A DNA stretch of 64,000 nt. Origin: the human T2T-CHM13v2.0 reference genome, Homo sapiens. The stretch lies in the NCBI RefSeq assembly GCF_009914755.1, contig NC_060947.1, one strand, 5' to 3'. Of this stretch, positions 51,938-64,000 are shown piece by piece. Below the pieces are notes generated by a model, which saw nothing but the letters and a program-made list of their open reading frames with translations, was not told where the DNA came from and did not search any database. Numbering within the stretch: the first letter of the stretch is position 1; each line of letters opens with the position of its first letter. The translations under genes and the position numbers were made by a program.

Positions 51938-54399
51938 TACACACCACAATTATTGTTAGACGTTCTGTATTTGTCTGTACTTACTGTTACCAGTGCGTTC
52001 TGTACTTTCAGATGATTTCTTATTGCTCATTAATGTCCTTTCCTTTCAGATTGAAGAACTCCCTTTAGCATTTCTTGTGGAACAGGTCAAGTGTTGATGA
52101 AATCCCTCCACTTTTCTTTTGTCTAGGAAAGTCTTAATCTTTATTTCTCCTTCATGTTTGGAGACTATTTTTGCTGGGTGTTATATTCTAGGATGAAGGT
52201 TTTTTTTTTTTGTTTGTTTGTTTTTCCTACAGGACCTTGAATATGTTATGTCACTGTCTTTTGGCCTGTAAGCTTTCCACTTAAAAATCTGCTGCCCGAT
52301 ATATTGAAGTTCCTTTATATGTAATTTGTTTCTTTTCTCTTGCTGCTTTTAGGACCTTTTCTTTATCCTTGATCTTTGAGAGTTTGATTATTAAATGTCT
52401 TCAGGCGGGATTATTTGGGTTAAATCTTCTTGGTACTCTATGACCTTCTTGTACCTGAATATTGATATCTTTTTCTAAGTTTTAAAGTTCTCTATTCTTA
52501 TTCCTTTGAATAAACTTTCTACCCCTATCTCTTTCTCTATCTTTTCTTTAAGGCCAACAACTAGATTTACCCTTTTGAGACTGTTTTCTAGGTGTCATAG
52601 GCATGTTTAATTCTTTTTTACTGTTTTTTTTTTCTCCTCTGACTGTATAATTTCAAATAGCTAGTCTTCAAGCTCTCTAATTCTTTCTTCTGCTTGATTA
52701 ATTCTGCTGTTGACAGACTGTCATGCACTTTTCAGCTTGTCAACTGAATAAGCTCAAGAATTTCTGCTGATTTTTAAAAATTATTTTCATCTTTTTGTTA
52801 AACTTATCTGATAGAATTCTGAATTTTCTCTGTGTTTTCTTGAAGTTTGTCGAGCTTTTTCATAACAGCAGAGAATTTTGAATTCTCTCTCTGAAAACTC
52901 ACATATCTCTGTCACTCTGGGATTGATTACTGGTGATTTATTTAGTTCATTTGGTGAGATTATGTTTTTCCTCGGTGTTTTTGATGCTTTGGATATTTGT
53001 CAAAGCCTGGACACTGAAATGTTATTTATTCTCATCTTCACAGTCCGTGCCTGTTTATACCCATCCTTCTTGAAAAGGCTTTTGAGGTATTCAAAGGTTT
53101 TCAGGTATTGAAAGGTAAACAAAGGAGTGTTGTGATCCAAACCTTTGGTCACTCCAGCCATGTCTGCACTAGGAAGTGCCCCAAGCCCAGTAACACTGCA
53201 ACTCTTGGACCACTTTGGTAGGCTTGGGTAGGATCCAGGAGAATTCCTTAGATTACCAGGTTGGTTCTCTTGTTCTTTCCTCACTTTTCCCCAAGCAGAA
53301 GAAATCCTTCGTTCCATCCTGGACTGCCTGAAGTTGTGGAAAGAATGTTGCAAGTAATCCCATGGCCACTACATCTGGGACTGCACTGTGTCACACCCAA
53401 AGCCAGCACACTGCTTGGTCTCACCCAAGGCCCATGATTACTACTGCCTGGCTACTGCTGATGTTTATTCGAGGCTCAAGGGCTCCTTAGTCAGCAGGTG
53501 ATGAACCCTGCCAGGACAGGGTCTTTCTCTTCACCACTGCTGTTTTCCTTCTGGCCTAGGGTGGGTTTAGAAATGCCATCCGGGAGCTGGGGTCTGAGAC
53601 TGGGGGCTTCAGAAATCTGCTTGGTGCTTTATTTTAATGTGGCTGAATTGCAAGACAAAGTTTTCTTCCCTCTCCTTTCTGCAATCAGAAGGAGTCTCTC
53701 TCCAAGCTTTACTGCCTGGAGCTGTGGGATGGGTGACACCTGCACTCCCTCAGCTGCCACAACTGATATTTCACTGGGTTGCATGCACTCCAATTCCACT
53801 AGTTCTAAGCCTAGCACAGAACCCAGACTTGCCCAAAAACTACAGTCCTTGTGGCTTGACTACCTTTCAAATTTATTCAGGACCTCAGGGCATTTTAATC
53901 AGCTGGTAGTGGAGCTAGCTGGAACTCAGGTTCCTACTTCTGGGATGGAGAATTCCCCTATGGCTGGAGCTAGTTTAAATGCTCCCTTCATGGGTGCTGG
54001 CAGAATTCTGTGTTGTATTTCACTGTGATAGATAGGGCAGCGCTTAGTTTCAATGCAACGTCATACAATCACTTCGCATTCCCTCCCTCAAGCACACAGA
54101 TTCTCTTTCCATACTATGTGGTGCTGGAGATTGGGGAGGGTAATGTAGGCAATGGAAGACCATCTTTCCTACCCTCTTCAGTGCCTCTTTCCTTGATATA
54201 ATGTTCAAAGCAGGTACTGTGTTTGCTCACCTGATTTTTGGTTCTTATGAAGGTGCTTTCTTGCAACGATACCTGTTCAATTTTGGTGTTTCTGTTGGGG
54301 GACAATTACTGGAGGTTTCTATTCAGTCATTTTGCTCTGGCTCCCTCCTTGTGCCATGTTTTTATTAGGGCCCTGAGCTCCCTAGTTGGTTCTGGCATT

Positions 54400-54570
54400 G
54401 GTTGGGTATATGCTAGCAGGCAAATAGTTTGCTCTCTCTGTGTCTAGTTTATCATATGAAAATGGTTTAACACTTACTCTACCTTATAGGAATTTATAAG
54501 TTTCAGTTAATTAATGAATTGTAAAGGCAGTTAATGAAAGGAGCTTATATAAAGCAAAATATTAGTATTA
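54400..54570 (+). mobile_element. MIR SINE
   Basis: CTCTCTGTGTCTAGTTTATCATATGAAAATGG...CTACCTTATAGG. Confidence 0.7.
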
Positions 54571-54597
54571 TTAAGATGTTTCAAGAGGAAGTTTCTT

Positions 54598-55182
<585 letters not shown>

Positions 55183-55348
55183 AATGCAGCCTACAGTTCT
55201 TTTTTACAGTAGCAATGTAAAGTGTGCAAAAGAAAAACAACCTGCCCAATTTCTTTTGAATACTGGGACATCAGCAAGTTTTTTCTGAAAAATATTTTGA
55301 ACAGTTCCACGAAAGTTTCTGCAGTAGTACAAAATTTCATTCTTATTT

Positions 55349-57163
55349 TTTCTATTTTTTAAATTTATTTTATTTATTTTATTTTACTTTAAGTTATGGG
55401 ATACATGTGCTGAATGGGCAGGTTTGTTACATAGGTATACATGTGCCATGGTGATTTGAACCCATCATCTAGGTTTTAAGCTCCGCATGCGTTAGGTATT
55501 TTTCCTAAGGCTCCCCCTCCCCTAACCCTCCACTCCCTGACAGGCCCTGGTGTGTGATGTTCCCCTCCCTGTGTCCATGTATTCTCATGGTTCAGCTCCC
55601 ACTTATGAATGAGAACATGTGGTGTTTGGTTTTCTGTTCCTGTATTAGTCTGCTGAGGATGGTGGTTTCCAGCTTCATCCATGTCCCTGCAAAGGACATG
55701 AACTCATTCTTTTTTATGGCTGCATAGTATTCCATGGTGTATATGTGCCACATTTTCTTTATCCAGTCTATCATTGATGGGCATTTGGGTTAGTTCCAAG
55801 TCTTTCCTATTGTAAATAGTGCTGCAATAAACATACGTGTACATGTGTTTTTATAGAAGAATGATTTATAATCCTTTGGGTATATACCCAGTAAAGGGAT
55901 CGCTGGGTCAAATGGTATTTCTGGTTCTAGATCACTGAGGAATTGCCATACTGTCTTCCACAATGGCTGAACTAATTTACACTCCCACCAACAGTGTAAA
56001 AGCTTTCCTGTTTCTTTGCATCCTCACCAGCATCTGTTGTTTCCAGAGTTTTTAATGATTGCTATTGTAACTGGTGTGAAATGGTGTCTCATTGTGGTTT
56101 TGATTTGCATTTCTGTAATGACCGCTGATGATAAGTTTTTCTTCATTTTTCTTGGCCGCATAAATGTCTTCTTTTGAGAAGTGTCTGTTCATATCCTTCA
56201 CCCACTTTTTAATGAAGTTTTTTTTTCTTGTAAATTTGTTTAAGTTCCTTGTAGATTCTGGATATTAGACCTTTGACAGAGAGATAGTGGGAGATTTCAA
56301 CACACCACTGTCAATATTAGATCAATGAGACAGAAAATTAACAAGGATATTCAGGACTTGAACTCAGCACTGGACCAACCAGACCTAATAGACATCTACA
56401 GAACTCTCCACCCCAAATCAACAAAATATACATTCTTCTCAGCACCACATTGTACTTATTCTAAAATTGACCACATAATTAGAAGTAAAACACTCCTCAG
56501 CAAGTGCAAAAGAACAGAAATCATAACAAACAGCCCCTCAGACTACAGTGGAGTCAAATTAGAACTCAGGATTTAAAAACTCACTCAAAACCACACAATT
56601 ACTTGGAAACTGAATAACCGGCTCCTGAATGACTACTGGGTAATAACAAAATTAAGGCAGAAACAACAAAGTTTTTTGAAAACAATGAGGACAAAGAGAC
56701 AACATACCAGAATTTCTGGGAGACAGCTAATGCAGTGTTTAGAGGGAAATTTATAGCACTAAATGCCCACATCAGAAAATGGGAAACATCTAAAATCAAC
56801 ATCCTAAGATCACAATTGAAACAACTAGAGAATCCAGAGCAAACAAATTCAGAAGCTAGCAGAAGACAAGAAATAACTAAGATTAGAGCAGAACTGAAAG
56901 ATAGAGACACAAAAAGCCCTTCAAAAAAAAAAAAATCAATGGATTCAGGAGCTGTTTTTTTTTTTGAAAAGATTAACAAAATAGACCACTAGCCAGACTA
57001 ATAAAGAAGAAAAGAGAGAATAATCAAACAGACACAATAGAAAATGACAAAGGGGATATCACCACTGATCCCACAGAAATACAAACTACCATCAGAGAAT
57101 ACTATAAACACTTCTACGCAAATAAACTAGAAAATCTAAAAGAAATGGTTAAATTCCTGGACA
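55349..57163 (-). mobile_element. L1PA8-like element with 5' inversion (minus 55349-56287, plus 56284-57163)
   Basis: Orientation flips at a shared ATAG; TSD C(A/G)TTCTTATTT at 55338-55348 and 57164-57174. Confidence 0.9.
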
Positions 57164-58294
57164 CGTTCTTATTTAAAATTTAGTAATCATGCCCCACTGT
57201 ACATAAACAGGAAGTCCAAAACTATTTCAGAAAGAAAAAAAATAGATGGGTAGGTGGAGAGGGAGCACTAAAATTGAACCAAATAAATGTGCAGTGCTTT
57301 TGACCTACTCTCAAGTAATAACAATCTTGTTTTAAAATGCTGCTTCTGCTGATGTCCTTGGAGGAAAATGTACCATAAAGTTTAATAAGGTCTCAATTTT
57401 AAGAAAATTCACTTCCAGTAGCTTTCAAGACCCCAAACAGCAGCTGGTACAATTGCCCTGTGTTGTTTCCTTGGAGACCTCATACTCCTCATAAGAGGAG
57501 AAACTCAAAGTGTTATTGCTGTGACCCTGTATGCATAGAGGCCTAGTTGCAGCTAAAACTAATGGGCATTTCAGAAACCTCAATAAAGTAAGAAACAGCA
57601 AACTAGCATTACTGAAACATAACTAATGTGGTCAGAAACTAAATTTTCTTTTAAGAAGTTCAGTCAACCCTATCAGAGACAGGAGCTGGATGTGCTGTAC
57701 TCTGTAGCAGAGTGAAATAGGTTATTGTTTGATTCTGTTATTAGAGTCAAATCTTTCATAATCTCTCAACTAGCTACATATATATGAGATATAGAGTGGG
57801 TCCCATATTTTGAGAAAATTGGTCTTTATCTGTAATTAAGTCAGAGTTTTTAATCACTCAACTTCATTTTCTGTCAATACAGAACAGCCGCAAGTGCTTC
57901 CATTTATCATGGTCTAACTCATTCTGCCCACCCTCCTGTCTGTCCTTATCTTTTCTCTTATCTAACATTCAGTCTTCATACTTCTTTCACCTGCTTGTCT
58001 GTTTACCCACTGCTTTCCAGCCCGTCTTCCTTCATTCCTCTCTTCCTTTTCCTTCTTTCTACCTTCCTTACTTCCTTTCTTTCACATTCTCTCTACCTTT
58101 ATTTTCTAACTGTGATGGTAGACATCTTGCTGTATTGAGCTAGAAATGTGCACATGTAGGAGTTGTTAGAGATTGTGACCATTGTGATTATATGAGTGTG
58201 GAGGACCTATACAGGAGGATGTAAACATCTACTGAGGATGTTTGTATATATGTGAATAAGGACATTCACAGAAGCTCCAACAAGCAGAAGAATT

Positions 58295-58606
58295 TTGTGG
58301 TTGTTTTTTTGTTTTGTTTTGCAACAGAGTCTCAGTCTCCCAGGCTGGAGTGCAGTGGCTTGACCTCAGCTCACTAGCTCACTGCAACCTCTGCCTCCTG
58401 GGCCCAAGCCATTCTCCTGCCTCTGCCACCCAAGTAGCTGGCATTAGAGGCACCCACCACCACGCCCAGCTAATTCTTGTATTTTTAGTAGAGACGGGGT
58501 TTCACCATGTTGGCCAGGCTAGTCTTGAACTCCTGACCTCAGGTGATCCACTCACCTTGGCCTCCTAAAGTGCTGGGATTATAGGTGTGAGCCACCGTGC
58601 CCAGCC
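58295..58606 (-). mobile_element. AluS (Sx-like)
   Basis: Full dimer with CTGACCTCAGGTGATCC; small AGCTCACT duplication. Confidence 0.93.
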
Positions 58607-58794
58607 AGAAAATACTTTTAATCATTCTCTTTTCCTAACCAAGTGACTTAAAGATCCTTTTTTAGAGTTTTCATTGTTGATGGCCGGATCGGGAAAGTTT
58701 GCTACCTCCTCACTCTGATGTGACCACCCACAATGTTAACATACATACTTTTTCTTTTTTTTTTCTGTTTGGGAGAACAATGTAGGATAAGGTC

Positions 58795-59769
58795 CATGGA
58801 CAGCTTCATGGGCATATGACCTGTAGAGTCACATAGGACTCCACACTCAGAAGAGCACGGTGCATGCTGGATTTAGTGTTCTGCTGTCACCATCTTGACA
58901 TTCTTAACAATTTTATCTTTAAAATTGTGTTTTGTAAGTGTAGTCAGATGGGACAATGGAAGACGCATATGAGCAGAGGAAATACATGCAATATGCATAT
59001 CCACCACAATTCCACCCTATTTGTATGTAGTGTTCATGGATGCCCCAGAGCACAGAATTCCTGTGGACCCACTCAGTGTGGTAGTTCAGTGAGACTTAAA
59101 ATGAGTAAGAAAGTTGCTGTTAGAGAGGTCACAGTTTCCATTCCTATGAGAACTTAGCTCTAACAGGGAAAGAAAGCAACAGGATTCTAAAAAATATGAA
59201 CTATCAGGGACAATTACGATATTATTTCTTATTTATGTTACTTCCCCATATCAACCAACTACTTAAGATGAAAACAATACAAATAAGAAAACGGAAAGGT
59301 AGAAGAAACCATTTTTCCTTTCCCTCTCAATCCTTTCATATTCATTAGTAAGCTGAAGATACTGTTGGTAGAATATGAGTGTAACAATAACTGAAAGAAA
59401 AACAGTTGAGTTAATTCTGTGCAGTGTTTCTACTGTTCTGGTAAGAACAAAATGCATGTGCATGTTTGGGCTATAAAATATGAATTATATCGTTTCAGTG
59501 ATTCCATATGATTTCAATGCCCTTATATTTGCATCTGAAACTGAACATTGCACAATATAAAGATTAATGTTAAAATTCATGCTAATGACTCAAAATTTTA
59601 TTATTTTACTATTTAACATAGCATTAAACAACAGAGAGGGGTGTGACAGGCTGCAGAAGAAAGGGAAAAAAGCTTTATATTTTAGTACCTCTAAAGGCAT
59701 TTTTTTTTAAACAAGAAGCCCCACACATTTGTTTTGCACTGGCCCCTGCAAATTATGTGGCTGGTCCTA
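58795..59769 (+). mobile_element. Zaphod/MER91-family hAT-Tip100 DNA transposon, internally deleted
   Basis: Left end GCTTCATGGGCATATGACCTGT...CTCAGAAG; right end TTTTGCACTGGCCCCTGCAAATTATGTGGCTGGTCCT, matching recalled MER91A termini. Confidence 0.82.
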
Positions 59770-59883
59770 TTCAGGTATGATAATAACTCTGTTGCTTTTA
59801 GTTTCTGATTTTGTTTGGGAATGGAGTGCTCATTTTCACCTAACAGCAGTGGGCTAGTCAATAATTTCAATGCTCAAAAATAG

Positions 59884-60475
59884 TTGCAGTGCTGTTCATA
59901 ATAACCAAGATTTGGAAGCAACATAAGTGTCCATGAATAGACGAATGAATAAAGAATATGTGGCACTTATACACAATTGAGTACTATTCAGCCACAAAAA
60001 ATACAATGTTGTCATTTACAACAACATGGATGGAACTGAAGGTCATCATGTTAAGTGAAATAAGCCAGGCACAAAAAGTCAAATTTTACATGTTCTCACT
60101 TATTTGTGGGATCTAAAACTCATAACAATTGAACACATAGAGAGTAGAAGGATGGGTTACCAGAGACTGGGAAGGATAGTGGGGGTTGGGGAGAGGTGGG
60201 GATAATTAATGGGTACAAAAAGTAGTTTGAAAGTATGAATAGTACCCAGTATTTTATAGCACAACAGGGTAACTATAATCAAAATAATTTAATTGTACAT
60301 TTAAAAAAACTAAAATAGTATAGTTAGATGGTCTGTAACACAAAGCATAAATGTTTGAGGGAATGGATACCCCATTTTCCATGATACAATTATTACATAT
60401 TAAATACCTGTATCAAAATATCCATGTACCCCATAAATATATACACCTACTATGTACCCATAAAAATAAAAGCAA
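59884..60475 (+). mobile_element. L1MA1/2-like 3' end
   Basis: Homologous to 41085-41640; ends ACACCTACTATGTACCCA plus A tail. Confidence 0.9.
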
Positions 60476-60639
60476 AATATCAGAACAGAAACAATGATTT
60501 ATCTTCTTTCCTGTTAATGCCTAATTTCATAATTTCATTGTTATGTAGGTTCTCTATTAGATTCACAGAGCCTGCCCATTAGAGCAATGTGACTATAAAT
60601 GGCATTAGAAATGAGATCAGAGTAAAATTTTCCTAGTTT

Positions 60640-60765
60640 GGTTATACATACATTCAACATATATTATTGGTTGCTTACTGTGTGGTAAGCCCAGTTCTAG
60701 GTGCATGAGTTATGGCAATGAACAACACAGGATAAGTTCATGACCTCATAAAGCTTAAATACTTT
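60640..60765 (-). mobile_element. L2 3' terminus
   Basis: CATTCAACATATATTATTGGTTGCTTACTGTGTG...GTTCTAGGTGC. Confidence 0.75.
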
Positions 60766-61109
60766 ATTTTAATAATATTTAATATATTACTAATTAATGA
60801 GGAATGATGAATCTTGACATCTCCTGTCAGCAAATAACATATTTTGTGGTTCCATATTTGTCATAAGTTTACACACCTCTGTCTACATAATCATAATAAG
60901 GAGTGTTAAGTGGTTTAGATGATGGAACTCTTTTCCCTAAATGGCAGGTTTTTTTCATTAAAATTATCAAACTAATTGTTTCAATTCTTTGTCTACATAA
61001 CAATCACAAAATATTTTTTCTCTTTGACGTTATCTGGCCCATGGGCAGTAGTGTGGCCTAGCAGTTTAAAGTGCTGCATGAAGTTATCTAAGTCTAAAGG
61101 CAAATAACA

Positions 61110-61590
61110 GCCTCCTCATTCATCCTGGCTGAAAACCTGACTGTTGCCTTTTGTCTCCTCCTTTGCAGCCCACATCTAATAAGTCCCACTCCATAGTAGT
61201 CCTGAGATCCATTTCTTCCTCTTCATTACCTATCCACTACTCATTATCTCTCACCTCGACCACTGCAATACTTTGCTATATGATCTCCTAGCTTCTGAAT
61301 CCTGAGACCACTCTCCTGACAGATGTCATATTCATCATTCTAAAACACAACTCTCATTGTGTCACTTAAGATCTCAGTTCCTTCAGTGGCTTTCTTTTGC
61401 CTATGGGATGCAATTCAGAACCCCTCAGCTTGGCATTCAAGATCCTCCACAATATGGTCTTAATGTACATCTTCAACTTCATTTTTGTACATCCTGAACC
61501 TTAGCCAATACAGACATCTTGTTCTTTCTTCAAATATTTTGTGCTGCTCATGATATCCTCTCTCCTTTAACCCACATCTCTACACATACA
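61110..61590 (+). mobile_element. L2 fragment
   Basis: ATCTCTCACCTCGACCACTGCAATA...CCTTCAGTGGCTT...CTTGGCATTCAAGATCCTCCACAAT. Confidence 0.82.
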
Positions 61591-61597
61591 AATCCTA

Positions 61598-62274
61598 TTT
61601 TTATTTTTTTTTTATTTCCATAGGTTTTGGGGGAACAGTTGGTATGTTCCTGGGTTACGTGAGCAAGTTCTTTAGTGGTGATTTGTGAGATTTTGGTGCA
61701 ACCATCACCCGAGAAGTATACATTGAACCCAATTTGTAGTCTTTTATCCCTCACGCCCTTCCCACCCTTGACCACTGAGACCCCAAAGTCCACTGTGTCA
61801 TTTTTATGCCATTGCATCCTCATACCTTAGCTACCACTTAGGCGTGAGAACATACAACGTTGGGTTTTCCATTCTTGAGTTACTTCACTTAGAATAAGTC
61901 TCCAATCCCATTCAGGTTGCTGCAAATGCCATTAATTTATTCCTTTTTATGGCTGAGTGTATTCCATTGTGTATATATATGTATATATCACAGTTTCTTT
62001 ATCCACTCATTGATTGATAGGCATTTGGGTTCATTCCACATTTTTGCAATTGGGAATTGTGCTGCTATAAACATGTGAGTGCAAGTATCTTTTCGTATAA
62101 TTACTTATTCACCTCTGAGTAGATACCCAGTAGTGAGAGTGCTGGCTCAAATGGTAGTTCTACTTTTAGTTCTTTAAGAAATCTCCACACTGTTTTCCAT
62201 AGTGGTTGTGCTAGTTCACAATCCCACCAGCAGTGTAGAAGTGTTCCCTTTTCACCACATCTATGCCAACATCT
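61598..62274 (-). mobile_element. L1PB1-like 3' end
   Basis: AAGTTCTTTAGTGGTGATTTGTGAGATTTTGGTGCA; ORF2 [17 protein letters not shown]. Confidence 0.9.
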
Positions 62275-63967
62275 TTTTTTTTCTTTATTTCTTCTGAAAA
62301 AACAAAAAACAAAGAAAACAGGATACATGTGCAGAACATCCAGGTTTGTTACATAGGTATATGTGTGCTATGGTGGTTTGCTGCACCTATTGACCCATCC
62401 TCTAAATTCCGCCCCCTCACCTCCCAGCCCCCAACAGGCCCTGGTGAGTGTTGTTCCCCTCTCTGTGTCCATGTGTTCTTAATGTTCAACTCCCACTTAT
62501 AAGTGAGGACATGCTGTGTTTGGTTTCCTCTTCCTGTGTTAGTTTGCTGAGGATGATGGCTTCCAGCTTCATCCATGTCTCTGCAAAGGACACGATCTCA
62601 TTCCTTTTTATGGCTGCATAGTATTTCATGGTGTATATGTGCCACATTTTCTTTATCCAGCCTATTATTGATGGGTATTTGGGTTGGTTAAATGTCTTTG
62701 CTATTGTAAACAGTGCTGCAATAAACATACATATGCATGTGTCTTTATACTAGAATGATTTATATTCCTTTAAGTATATACCTGGTAATGGGATTTCCGC
62801 GTCAAATGGCATTTCTGGCTCTAGATCCTTGAATAATTGCCATGCTGTCTTCCACAATGGTTGAACTAATTTACATTCTCACCAACAGTGTAAAAGTGTT
62901 CCTATTTCTCCACAGCCTCACCAGCATCTATTGTTGCCTGACTTTTTAATAGTCACCAGTGTGACTGGTATAAGATGGTATCTCATTGTGGTTTTGATTT
63001 GCATTTCTCTAATAATCAGTGATGTTGAGCTTTTTTTCATGTTTGTTGGCCATGTAAATGTCTTCTTTTGAGAAGGTCTGTTCATATCCTTTACCTACTT
63101 TTTGATGGGGTTGTTTGTCTTTTTCTTGTTAATTTGTTTAAATTCCTTGTAAATTCTGGATATTAGACCTTTGTCAGATTGGTAAATTGCAAAAATTTTC
63201 TCCCATTCTGTAGGTTGCCTGTTCACTCTGATGATAGTTTCTTTTGCTATGCAGAAGCTCTTTGGTTTAATTAGATCCCATTTGTCAATTTTGGCTTTTG
63301 TTGTAATTGCTTTTGGCATTTTAGTCATGAAGTCTTTGCCCCTGCCTATGTACTGAATGGTATTGTTTAGGTTTTATTCTAGGGTTTTTATGGCTTTTGG
63401 GTTTTACATTTAAGTCTTTAATCCACCTTGAGTTAGTTTTTACATAAGATGTAAGGAAGGGTTCTAGTTTCAGTTTTCTGCATATGACTATCCAGTTTTC
63501 CTAGCACCATTTACTGAATAGGAGATCCTTTCCCCATTGCTTGTTTTTGTCCAGTTTGTCGAAGACCAGATGGTTGTAGATGTGTGGTGTTATTTCTGAG
63601 GTCTCTGTTCTGCTCTATTGGTCTATATGTCTACTTTGGTACCAGTACAGTGCTGTTTTGGTTACTGTAGCCTTGTAGTATAGTTTGAAGTCAGTTAGCA
63701 TGATGCATCCATATTTGTTCTTTTTGCTTAGGATCGTCTTGGCTATATGGGGTCTTTTTTGATTTCATATGAAATTTAAAATAGACTTTTCTAATGTTGT
63801 GAAGAATGTCAATGGTAGTTTGATGGTAATAATATTGAATCTGTAAGTTACTTTGGGCAGTATGGCCATTTTCAGGATATTGATTCTTCCTATCCATGGG
63901 GTTGGAATGTTTTTCCATTTGTTTGTGTTCTCTCTTATTTCTTTGAACAGTGGTTTGTAGTTCTCCT
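62275..63967 (-). mobile_element. L1PA8A-like 3' portion
   Basis: 3'UTR GCACCTATTGACCCATCCTCTAA; ORF2 [16 protein letters not shown]. Confidence 0.9.
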
Positions 63968-64000
63968 CCGGTATTATTTCTGGAATTTTAGCCTTAATCC

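Overview
Primate, most likely human, genomic DNA: AT-rich, CpG-poor and dominated by transposable elements (about 60% LINE-1 by my hand tally, as in L1-rich, gene-poor domains such as the X chromosome). I can support no protein-coding gene, RNA gene or CpG island. The recognisable ORFs in the track are decayed L1 ORF1/ORF2, THE1, L2 or Alu fragments; the rest look like chance ORFs. The window holds three long old L1MA-type elements that keep their 5' ends, a full-length L1PA8, THE1, MER11 and MLT1 LTR elements, seven Alus, hAT DNA transposons and ancient L2, MIR and L3/CR1 fossils, often nested with readable target-site duplications (TSDs). I found no new biological system that the sequence can support. 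The most notable signals are mechanistic scars: two L1 3' transductions carrying foreign DNA (one with a perfect 16-bp TSD and its own polyA signal), a 235-bp locally templated insertion with scrambled junctions, several template-switch hairpins (one a perfect 22-bp stem that duplicates an AP-1 site), a perfect 101-bp tandem duplication, a twin-primed L1 with a ~1.8-kb gap, and a very young AluYa-lineage insertion. Subfamily names come from recalled consensus diagnostics and need RepeatMasker/Dfam confirmation. Boundaries of old elements are approximate.
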